A model generated the notes under the pieces. It ran no database searches and was not told the DNA's origin. It was given only the letters and a program-made list of their open reading frames with translations. The position numbers were made by a program, and so were the translations under genes. DNA of 64,000 nt from Acutalibacteraceae bacterium (GTDB taxonomy: Bacteria > Bacillota > Clostridia > Oscillospirales > Acutalibacteraceae): positions 13,651 through 77,650 of the forward strand of contig JAZNIH010000077.1 of assembly GCA_045577395.1 (NCBI GenBank). Direction: 5' to 3'. Of the stretch, positions 1 through 8,147 are shown in pieces. Position 1 is the stretch's first letter; each line of letters opens with the position of its first letter.

Positions 1-83
1 TTTATTTTACCCGTCGGCTATGTGTGGAATTATTACAGACAGACCCTTGCGGTTGCGGCGGCAAAATTTCTTGAGGATTGATA

Positions 84-112
84 TTTACAAACCAAGTTTT
101 TTTTGCTATTAT
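84..112 (+). promoter_or_regulatory. Putative sigma-A promoter for the small ORF at 144
   Basis: TTTACA (84-89), 17-nt spacer, TATTAT (107-112), preceded by TGC (extended -10). Confidence 0.4.
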
Positions 113-143
113 GTAATACAGTAAACAAAAAGGAATGATTCAA

Positions 144-455
144 ATGTCACAAAAGGAAGTATTTGTTCCTCTTCTTAACTGGCTTATCGGCGGTTCAAGA
201 ATCGGAGGAAGCTACAATATTTATATCGGCAGCCGCGGTACGGACAGCGAAAAGGGCTGCTTTGGCAGAGATATTACCAACTACCGTATCTGGATTGAAA
301 AGCTTGAGGAAACCGAGGTTATCAAGGCGGCGGTTTATTACGGTATGACCTGCTATGAAAATCAGAATCCCGACGACGTTATCACCGAGGTTTTTGAAAT
401 GAGCGAGGAAAGCCTGCCCGTTATCAAGGCGTGGATTGAAACAAAAATTATGTAA
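144..455 (+). CDS. Hypothetical small cytoplasmic protein (about 103 aa)
   Basis: ORF 135-455. ATG at 144 lies 9 nt after AAGGA, whereas ATG 135 abuts the RBS. A terminator follows. No motif recognised. Confidence 0.5.
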   Translation: MSQKEVFVPLLNWLIGGSRIGGSYNIYIGSRGTDSEKGCFGRDITNYRIWIEKLEETEVIKAAVYYGMTCYENQNPDDVITEVFEMSEESLPVIKAWIETKIM

Positions 456-460
456 AAAGT

Positions 461-495
461 GCAGGATTGTTCCCGAAACAGTCCTGTTTTTCTTT
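461..495 (+). terminator. Rho-independent terminator
   Basis: Stem CAGGATTGT / ACAGTCCTG (one G-U pair), 7-nt loop, then TTTTTCTTT. Confidence 0.7.
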
Positions 496-610
496 AAAAA
501 GTTTTTTCGAGAAAAACAGAGGAAAACAGAGGAAAACGAAGCAATAACGAGGTTTTCGCAAAAAGCTCCAAATTTGTGACGGAAATTTGCTGAAAATTAC
601 AAAAAAACTG

Positions 611-639
611 TTGACATTTGCAAGATTTTGTTCTATATT
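611..639 (+). promoter_or_regulatory. Putative sigma-A promoter of the pot operon
   Basis: TTGACA (611-616), 17-nt spacer, TATATT (634-639), about 110 nt upstream of potA. Confidence 0.6.
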
Positions 640-751
640 GTGTCTAATAAGAATAAACAAAAGTCCCGGGAAACGCAGAACCGAAACATCTCTGCATTTT
701 CTGGGATTTCATCAGTTTTTCAACAGCACTTCTCAAAGGGGGTAAACTTTT

Positions 752-1873
752 ATGGAAAATAATACCATCATCCGTCTGCAGGATATCTCAAAGAAATTCG
801 GCGACGAGGTTATTCTCGATAAAATTAACCTTTCAATCAAGGATAAGGAATTTATGACCTTTCTCGGTCCCTCAGGCTGCGGTAAGACGACAACGCTCCG
901 TATTATTGCAGGCTTTCTTGAGGCTGACAGCGGTCAGGTTATTTTCGAGGGCAAGGATATAAACAACGTACCGCCTCACAAAAGGCAGGTAAACACAATC
1001 TTCCAACGTTATGCGCTTTTCCCTCACCTTAACGTTTATGAAAATATCGCCTTCGGTCTTCGTATCAAGAAGATGAAGGAAAAGGATATCAGCAAAAAGG
1101 TTCACGAGATGCTTGAGCTTGTTAACCTCAAGGGCTTTGAAAGAAGAAACGTTACCTCTCTTTCGGGCGGTCAGCAGCAGAGGGTTGCGATTGCAAGAGC
1201 TCTTGCCGTTGATCCCAGGGTTCTTCTTCTTGACGAGCCTCTCGGTGCACTTGACCTTAAGCTCAGAAAGGATATGCAGGTTGAGCTTAAGAATATCCAG
1301 AAGAGAATGGGTATCACCTTTATTTACGTTACCCACGATCAGCAGGAGGCTCTTTCTATGAGTGATACCGTTGTTGTTATGAACGGCGGCAGAATTCAGC
1401 AGATAGGCACACCTATCGATATTTATAACGAGCCTGAAAATGCTTTTGTTGCCGATTTCATCGGTGAAAGTAATATTCTTGACGGTATAATGCTTGACGA
1501 CTTCAAGGCTAAGTTTTCGGGTGCTGTTTTCCAGTGCCTTGATAAGGGCTTTGCGGTTAATGAAAGCGTTGATATTGTTGTACGTCCCGAGGACGTTGAT
1601 GTTGTTCCCGTTTCAGAGGGCACCATCAGCGGTGTGATCACCTCAAACACCTTCAAGGGCGTACATTTTGAGATGATTGTTGACATTGACAACTTCAAAT
1701 GGATGATTCAGACAACTGATTACTACCCCGTAGGTACAAAAATCGGTATACAGATAGAGCCCGATGCAATTCACGTTATGAAAAAGAGTGAATATTCGGG
1801 TATGTTCGGTGACTACAGCTCCTTCAGTGATGAGCTTGAACGCCTTTCAGACGTTACGGAAGAGGAGGAGTGA
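752..1873 (+). CDS. potA: Spermidine/putrescine ABC transporter ATP-binding protein
   Basis: Walker [10 protein letters not shown], signature [15 protein letters not shown], Walker B LLLDEP, and a C-terminal TOBE-like regulatory domain. First gene of a 4-gene operon with two permeases and a binding protein. Confidence 0.93.
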   Translation: MENNTIIRLQDISKKFGDEVILDKINLSIKDKEFMTFLGPSGCGKTTTLRIIAGFLEADSGQVIFEGKDINNVPPHKRQVNTIFQRYALFPHLNVYENIAFGLRIKKMKEKDISKKVHEMLELVNLKGFERRNVTSLSGGQQQRVAIARALAVDPRVLLLDEPLGALDLKLRKDMQVELKNIQKRMGITFIYVTHDQQEALSMSDTVVVMNGGRIQQIGTPIDIYNEPENAFVADFIGESNILDGIMLDDFKAKFSGAVFQCLDKGFAVNESVDIVVRPEDVDVVPVSEGTISGVITSNTFKGVHFEMIVDIDNFKWMIQTTDYYPVGTKIGIQIEPDAIHVMKKSEYSGMFGDYSSFSDELERLSDVTEEEE

Positions 1874-1876
1874 TAA

Positions 1877-2704
1877 ATGAAGAAAAAGTCACTCGGAGCA
1901 AAGCTTACTGCGGCACCGTATATGGTATGGTCGGCTATATTCATTATCGTACCGCTGATTTTTGTTCTTGTGTATTCGGTTACCGATGCCGAGGGTAATT
2001 TTACTCTTGAATTTGTTTCCGATATTGTAAAATACAAAGACGTTATGCTTAACTCAATCTGGTTAGGCTTTATTGCCACGGTTATTTCACTTGTTATTTC
2101 ATATCCGCTGGCTTATATTATGGCAAGAACCACCGCCAACGTTCAAAGAACGATGATGATTCTCGTTATGCTTCCGATGTGGATGAATCTTCTCATCCGC
2201 ACCTATTCAATGATGATTATTATGCAGGATACGGGTATTATCAACACCGTTCTCGAAAAGCTCAATCTTTCCCCGATACATATGATAAATACCGAGGGAG
2301 CGGTTGTGCTTGGTATGGTGTATAACTATATACCCTATATGATTCTGCCTCTTTATTCAATCATGGCAAAGATGGACCACAATCTTATCGAGGCGGCGGA
2401 GGATCTCGGTGCAGGCAAGCTTACCGTTCTTAAAAACGTTATTCTGCCTCTCAGCCTTCCCGGTATTGCTTCGGGCTTTACAATGGTTTTTGTCCCCTCG
2501 GTTTCAACCTTCTACATTTCCAAAAAGCTCGGCGGAAATACCTTCTCACTTATCGGTGATGTTATTGAAATGCAGTTCAAGAGTGCCAATAACTACAATC
2601 TCGGTGCGGCGCTTTCTCTTGTTCTGATGGTGCTTATTGTTATCTGTATGATGGTTATGAACCGTTTTACCGGTGAAGACGATGACGGAGGTGTGCTTAT
2701 ATGA
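1877..2704 (+). CDS. potB: Spermidine/putrescine ABC transporter permease
   Basis: 6-TM binding-protein-dependent permease with an EAA-type loop (IEAAEDLGAG). GGAGGAG RBS. Overlaps potC by ATGA. Confidence 0.9.
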   Translation: MKKKSLGAKLTAAPYMVWSAIFIIVPLIFVLVYSVTDAEGNFTLEFVSDIVKYKDVMLNSIWLGFIATVISLVISYPLAYIMARTTANVQRTMMILVMLPMWMNLLIRTYSMMIIMQDTGIINTVLEKLNLSPIHMINTEGAVVLGMVYNYIPYMILPLYSIMAKMDHNLIEAAEDLGAGKLTVLKNVILPLSLPGIASGFTMVFVPSVSTFYISKKLGGNTFSLIGDVIEMQFKSANNYNLGAALSLVLMVLIVICMMVMNRFTGEDDDGGVLI

Positions 2705-3537
2705 AAACAAAAATGACACCTTTATCAAAGCTTTACGTGGCTCTCATAATGATTTTCCTTTATGCGCCTATTATTGTTATGATTGTCTTTTCCTTTAACG
2801 ATTCTGCAAGTACAAGTGTTATCAGCGGCTTTTCTCTTCGCTGGTACAAGTCACTTATGCAGGACGAAGGCACAATGAAGGCCTTTGCAAATACGCTTAT
2901 CCTTGCGGTCAGCTCCTCATTTATCGCAACAGTTATGGGTACTGCTGCCGCCGTTGGTATAAACAACTTCAAAAACAAAAGAATCAAGCAGCTTACTATG
3001 GGCGTGACGAACATCCCCATGATGAACCCCGAAATCGTTACGGGTATTTCAATGATGCTTCTCTTTGTTTTCTGTGCAAATCTCGTCGGCAGAAACGACG
3101 CTCTGGGCTTCCCGACAATGCTTATCGCCCATATCACCTTCAATCTGCCTTACGTTATTCTGTCCGTTCTTCCCAAGCTCAGACAGCTTGACAAATTTCT
3201 TCCCGAGGCCGCTATGGATTTAGGCTGTACACCTGTGGGTGCCTTTTTCAAGGTTGTGCTTCCCTCAATTTCAACGGGTATTCTCACAGGTCTTATGATG
3301 TCCTTTACCCTGTCTCTTGATGACTTTGTTATCAGCTATTTCACACAGGGTCCCTCCTTCGAGACTCTTCCCATCAGAATTTTCTCGATGACCAAAAAGA
3401 GAGTTACCCCCGATATGTATGCTCTTTCAACCATTATTTTTATAACGATTCTCGTTCTTCTTGTTCTTCTTAACGTTGCCGAGGCTAAGGGTGACAAAAA
3501 GATGAACAACAAGCTCGGTAAGGGGGGCAGCAAATGA
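2701..3537 (+). CDS. potC: Spermidine/putrescine ABC transporter permease
   Basis: Permease with loop PEAAMDLGCTP. Translationally coupled to its neighbours by ATGA overlaps on both sides. Confidence 0.9.
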   Translation: MKTKMTPLSKLYVALIMIFLYAPIIVMIVFSFNDSASTSVISGFSLRWYKSLMQDEGTMKAFANTLILAVSSSFIATVMGTAAAVGINNFKNKRIKQLTMGVTNIPMMNPEIVTGISMMLLFVFCANLVGRNDALGFPTMLIAHITFNLPYVILSVLPKLRQLDKFLPEAAMDLGCTPVGAFFKVVLPSISTGILTGLMMSFTLSLDDFVISYFTQGPSFETLPIRIFSMTKKRVTPDMYALSTIIFITILVLLVLLNVAEAKGDKKMNNKLGKGGSK

Positions 3538-4742
3538 AAAGAATAATTGTAACCCTTTCTCTTATGCTTTTGCTTGCCTTCTCTGCATCGGCTTATGAAA
3601 ACGAGGAGTTTTATCAGAATACAGGCCTTGAGGGTACCGAGCTCAATGTTTTTAACTGGGGTGAATACATCAGCGACACCTATGAGGACGGGCTTATCAA
3701 TGTCAATGCCGAATTTGAAAAGCTCACGGGTATCAAGGTCAATTACGTAACCTATGAAAGCAACGAGGATATGTATCCCAAAATCAAAAACGGCGGTGCA
3801 AGCTACGATATCATCATTCCCTCGGATTATATGATTGAGCGAATGATAAGTGAAAATCTGCTCAGAAAGCTTGACGTCAGCGCTCTTCCCAATTATCACT
3901 ACGTCAGGGACGAATACAGAGATATGTATTATGACCCGAACAATGAATATTCCGTGCCTTATAACGTAGGTATGGTCGGTCTTATCTACAACACAAAAAT
4001 GGTTGAGGAGCCGCCTACGAGCTGGAAGGCTTTATGGGATGAAAGATACCGCGGAAAGATTCTTATGATAGATAATCCCCGAGATGCCTTTGCCATTCCG
4101 CAGAAGATTCTCGGCTATTCTCTCAACTCTACCGATGAGAAGGAGCTTGAAGAGGTAAAGAAGATGCTTATCGATCAGAAGCCTCTTCTGCAGGGCTACG
4201 TTATGGATGAAATCTATAACAAGATGGAAAGCGGCGAGGCTGCACTCGTGCCCTATTACGTTGGTGACTTTGTCTGTATGAAGGACGTCAATCCTGACCT
4301 TGACTTCGTTTATCCCGAGGAGGGAGTAAACATATTTGTTGACTCTATGTGTATTCCTCAGTGCACACAGAATTACGAGGCGGCATTGCTTTATATCAAC
4401 TTTATGCTTGATCCCGAGATTGCGCTTAACAATGCACTTTATATCGGCTATGCAACCCCGAATCAGGGCGTGCTTGAACATCCCGATTATGCCGATATGC
4501 TCAATAACAAATACCTCTATCCCGATGAGGCTGATATGCCGGACACCGAATATTTCCACAACCTTCCTCAAGAGACTCTCTCACATATTTCCGAGCTCTG
4601 GAGTGAAATAAAAATCAGAGGTGTTGACGTCAGTCACGTTTACGTCGGCTTCACGGTTATAGGCGTTGGTGCTGTCTATTTTGTTATAAGAAAGCGCATC
4701 GCTATGAAGCGCAGGGAATATTGGTACGACAGAATCGAATGA
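3534..4742 (+). CDS. potD: Polyamine (spermidine/putrescine) substrate-binding protein with a C-terminal TM anchor
   Basis: PotD/PotF-like sequence (LNVFNWGEYI, YDIIIPSDYM). N-terminal signal peptide without a lipobox Cys. Hydrophobic C-terminal segment YVGFTVIGVGAVYFVI followed by RKRIAMKRR. Confidence 0.88.
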   Translation: MKRIIVTLSLMLLLAFSASAYENEEFYQNTGLEGTELNVFNWGEYISDTYEDGLINVNAEFEKLTGIKVNYVTYESNEDMYPKIKNGGASYDIIIPSDYMIERMISENLLRKLDVSALPNYHYVRDEYRDMYYDPNNEYSVPYNVGMVGLIYNTKMVEEPPTSWKALWDERYRGKILMIDNPRDAFAIPQKILGYSLNSTDEKELEEVKKMLIDQKPLLQGYVMDEIYNKMESGEAALVPYYVGDFVCMKDVNPDLDFVYPEEGVNIFVDSMCIPQCTQNYEAALLYINFMLDPEIALNNALYIGYATPNQGVLEHPDYADMLNNKYLYPDEADMPDTEYFHNLPQETLSHISELWSEIKIRGVDVSHVYVGFTVIGVGAVYFVIRKRIAMKRREYWYDRIE

Positions 4743-4799
4743 TTATGCCGCCTTCCCATAAGTAAGTATTTCTTTAAAAAATTAAACCTTTGACTAAAA

Positions 4800-4841
4800 A
4801 CACCCGATATGCGTCAGCATTATCGGGTGTTTTCGCCTTTT
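4800..4841 (+). terminator. Rho-independent terminator of the pot operon
   Basis: 10-bp stem ACACCCGATA / TATCGGGTGT followed by a T-rich tract. Confidence 0.75.
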
Positions 4842-4854
4842 TGACTTTAAAATA

Positions 4855-4883
4855 TTGCATAAAAGAACACATTATAGTATAAT
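4855..4883 (+). promoter_or_regulatory. Putative sigma-A promoter
   Basis: TTGCAT (4855-4860), 17-nt spacer, TATAAT (4878-4883). Confidence 0.45.
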
Positions 4884-4917
4884 AACTTTAATTATTTAAT
4901 TTTTGAGGAGAAGTATT

Positions 4918-6258
4918 ATGGCAGAGGGGAAAAAGCTTCGTTTTGAGCTTGATAATGCAGGAACGGTGTTCCCGGGACAGAATATACCGACCTGGTCAAA
5001 TACCTTCCGTGTTTCTGTTGAGCTTAAGGAAGAGGTAGATGAAAAAATTCTTAAGGCTGCACTTGATAAGGTTCTCGTCAGACTCCCGGGCTTTAAGGTC
5101 AGAATGAGAAGAGGCATCTTCCGCAACTTCTTTGAGGAAAACACCGAGGACTGCCCTGTAAGAAGGGATATATCAAATTTCTGCTACCGCTATAACGGCA
5201 GGGAGGATAACGGCTATCTTTTCCGTGTTTTTTATTACGGCAGAAAAATAAGCCTTGACGTGTACCACGCTCTTTGTGACGGATACGGTGCTTCTGTTTT
5301 TCTTTGTACTCTTACGGGTGAATATCTCAGACTTAAGGGCTACAGCATATCAACAAACGAATATGTTCTTGATACCGATGTAAAGCCTTCACCGGAGGAA
5401 ACCGAGGATTCATATAAAAAACATGCCGATTCGACCGTAAAGTATAATTATCCCTCCGATTGGGTTTACCACCGCAGAGGAACAAAGCTTCCAGACCATA
5501 TCACAAACTACACCGTCGGAACAATGCCCTTCAGTCAGCTTCATAAAGTCAGCAAGAGCTACGGCGTTACGGTTACGGAGCTTTTAGCTGCGATTCTTAT
5601 CGAAATTCATTATAAAAAGATGCTTGCCGAGGGCAAAAACAAAGCCGTAAGTGCACAGATTCCCGTCAATCTCCGCAAGGCGTTTCCGAGCAGAACTCTC
5701 AGAAACTTTGTTCTTTGTCTTCGTGCGTGGATTGAGCCCTCTGATAAGATTTATACCTTTGAGAAAATACTTGAGCGTGTTTCTTCAATGCTCCGCGAAG
5801 CAAACAAAGCAGAGATACTTAATTCCATGATGACCAGAAACGTCAAAATGGAAACAAAGACAACCGCTTTTCTGCCGACTGATCTGAAAAACCTTTTCAT
5901 CGGTATAGGCTTTCATCTTACTGCGGAAAAAAGCACGACCGTGCTTATATCAAACCTCGGCAATATTGTCTTACCCGAGGAAATGAGACCTTATGTTGAG
6001 CGATTTTTCTTATATACCGGACCGGGTCTCGTGAACGGAGCAAGATGCGGTGTTGCCTCCTGCGGAGACAATTTCTCCTTCTCCTTTTCCAACTGCTACA
6101 AGGAAGGGGACATAGAAAGAGAATTTTTTACCCGCCTTACGGATATGGGTATTGACGTCACCGTTGAAACCAACAGAAGAGCAGAGGCTCTGCGCTGGTC
6201 TGAGCTTTTCAGCATCGGAGATGAAAAAGCTTACTCCGATGAAATTTACATACCTTAA
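4918..6258 (+). CDS. Condensation-domain-like acyltransferase (alcohol acetyltransferase / PapA5 / WS-DGAT-like, HxxxD family)
   Basis: N-terminal LDNAGTVFP motif and catalytic-type motif YHALCDGYG (HxxxDG). ATG 4918 is preferred over TTG 4903 because GAGGAG lies 7 nt upstream. The family call is from memory of motifs only. Confidence 0.6.
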   Translation: MAEGKKLRFELDNAGTVFPGQNIPTWSNTFRVSVELKEEVDEKILKAALDKVLVRLPGFKVRMRRGIFRNFFEENTEDCPVRRDISNFCYRYNGREDNGYLFRVFYYGRKISLDVYHALCDGYGASVFLCTLTGEYLRLKGYSISTNEYVLDTDVKPSPEETEDSYKKHADSTVKYNYPSDWVYHRRGTKLPDHITNYTVGTMPFSQLHKVSKSYGVTVTELLAAILIEIHYKKMLAEGKNKAVSAQIPVNLRKAFPSRTLRNFVLCLRAWIEPSDKIYTFEKILERVSSMLREANKAEILNSMMTRNVKMETKTTAFLPTDLKNLFIGIGFHLTAEKSTTVLISNLGNIVLPEEMRPYVERFFLYTGPGLVNGARCGVASCGDNFSFSFSNCYKEGDIEREFFTRLTDMGIDVTVETNRRAEALRWSELFSIGDEKAYSDEIYIP

Positions 6259-6281
6259 AAACTGATTGAGGAGGTGCTGTG

Positions 6282-8087
6282 ATGAATAAATATGATGTGT
6301 TAAGTAAATATTTCGGCTACAGTACCTTCCGTGAGGGTCAGGAGGCTCTTATTGACGCTCTTCTTGACGGCAGAGATGCTATGGGTATTATGCCCACAGG
6401 TGCGGGTAAGAGTATATGCTTTCAGCTGCCTGCAATAATGATGGAGGGGCTGACACTTGTTATATCACCTCTGATTTCCCTTATGAAGGATCAGGTAAAT
6501 GCACTTAACCAGTGCGGTGTGAGCTGTGCTTGCATAAATACGTCGCTTACAACTGCGGAAAAAAGAGAAATAATGAACCTTGCCTTGTCAGGTAAGTGTA
6601 AAATCCTTTACGTGGCCCCCGAAAGGCTCGAAAATCAGAAATTTACGGATTTCTGCAGTAAGCTGAACATATCAATGGTCTGTGTTGATGAGGCTCACTG
6701 TGTATCTCAGTGGGGACACGACTTCAGACCTGCCTATCTCGGAATAAAAGGCTTTATTGAAAATCTGCCTGTAAGACCTGTTGTTTCCGCATTTACCGCT
6801 ACGGCTACAGGTAAGGTGCGTCAGGATATCGTTTCACTTATAGGGCTCAATTCACCTGAGGTGGCGGTGACAGGCTTTGACAGAAAGAATCTGTATTTTG
6901 AGGTTGTAAGACCCACCGATAAGGAAACTGCTCTCAGACGTTATCTTGACCTTTATACGGGCAGAAGCGGAATTGTCTACTGCTCGTCAAGAAAAAAGGT
7001 TGAGGAGCTTTATTCTTCACTTTCAAAGGACGGCTACGGCGTCACAAAATACCATGCAGGTCTTGATAAGCTTGAAAGACAGACAAATCAGGATATGTTC
7101 ATAAATGATGATAAAGAGATTGTTATTGCTACCAACGCCTTTGGTATGGGTATTGATAAATCCAACGTATCCTTCGTTATACACTACAATATGCCCGGTG
7201 ATATTGAAAGCTATTATCAGGAGGCGGGCAGAGCGGGACGTGACGGAGGAAGTGCAGACTGCATACTGCTTTACGGCGGCAGGGACGTGGCAATACAGAA
7301 ATATTTCATCGAAAATCCCGAGGAAAATGACGCTCTTACCGACAAGCAGAGAGAAAATATTAAAAGAATGCGACTGGAAAAGCTTGATAAGATGATAGAA
7401 TACGCCTCGGGGAAATACTGTCTGAGACATTACATTCTTCAGTATTTCGGTGAAAATGCAACGGGCAGATGTGAAAACTGCTCAGGCTGTAACGGCGCCG
7501 CAACAAGTATAGACGTTACCGTTGAGGCTCAGAAGATTTTTTCCTGCATAAAAAGGGCAGGCGGAAAAGAAACGGCAGATATCGTTGCAGGTATCCTTAA
7601 GGGTGAGCAGACGGAACACATTGTCACTCGTGAATATGACAGAATAAAAACCTTTGGTGCGATGAAGGATTTTGCAAGAGACAGAATAACTGATTATATC
7701 GGTTATTTTTATGAGCACGGATTTATAAACAGAGATAACAAGGGGCATCTTTCGCTTACAGATAAGGCAGAAGCTGTTCTGTTTGAGGGTAAGCGGATAA
7801 GAAGACCCGTTGTACGTGCGGAAAAGAAGACTGACAGTCCTAAGACCGATATCAGGCTCTTTATGGCACTTAAGGTTTTACGTAAGGAGCAGGCAAAAAA
7901 GCAGAGCATACCCGATTTTACCGTCTTTACCGACGTTACTCTCAGGCTTCTTGCAACCTATAAGCCCAGGGACGAAAGGTCCTTCCTTGCCATAGGCGGT
8001 GTTTCGGCGGCCAAATTCAATAAATACGGCAAGGAATTCATCAATTTAATTGAAAAACATTGTAACAATACGATTGAAAAAATCTGA
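6282..8087 (+). CDS. recQ: ATP-dependent DNA helicase RecQ
   Basis: MPTGAGKS Walker A, DEAH box (VDEAHCVSQWGHDFRP), Cys-rich Zn-binding region (CENCSGC), and a C-terminal HRDC-like region. ATG 6282 lies 7 nt after GAGGAGG. Confidence 0.92.
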   Translation: MNKYDVLSKYFGYSTFREGQEALIDALLDGRDAMGIMPTGAGKSICFQLPAIMMEGLTLVISPLISLMKDQVNALNQCGVSCACINTSLTTAEKREIMNLALSGKCKILYVAPERLENQKFTDFCSKLNISMVCVDEAHCVSQWGHDFRPAYLGIKGFIENLPVRPVVSAFTATATGKVRQDIVSLIGLNSPEVAVTGFDRKNLYFEVVRPTDKETALRRYLDLYTGRSGIVYCSSRKKVEELYSSLSKDGYGVTKYHAGLDKLERQTNQDMFINDDKEIVIATNAFGMGIDKSNVSFVIHYNMPGDIESYYQEAGRAGRDGGSADCILLYGGRDVAIQKYFIENPEENDALTDKQRENIKRMRLEKLDKMIEYASGKYCLRHYILQYFGENATGRCENCSGCNGAATSIDVTVEAQKIFSCIKRAGGKETADIVAGILKGEQTEHIVTREYDRIKTFGAMKDFARDRITDYIGYFYEHGFINRDNKGHLSLTDKAEAVLFEGKRIRRPVVRAEKKTDSPKTDIRLFMALKVLRKEQAKKQSIPDFTVFTDVTLRLLATYKPRDERSFLAIGGVSAAKFNKYGKEFINLIEKHCNNTIEKI

Positions 8088-8147
8088 TATGAATGATATA
8101 ATAAAAGAATAATAAATTTTTACAAAAAACAGAAGGGGGAATGAGCC

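Noticed and set aside
660-751. Hairpin-containing leader of about 110 nt upstream of potA as a possible riboswitch
   Set aside because: There are only short, weak stems (GCAGA/TCTGC) and no resemblance to any riboswitch class I recognise. The evidence is insufficient.
3336-3899. 187-aa minus-strand ORF spanning the potC/potD junction
   Set aside because: It is antisense to two translationally coupled, motif-supported genes.
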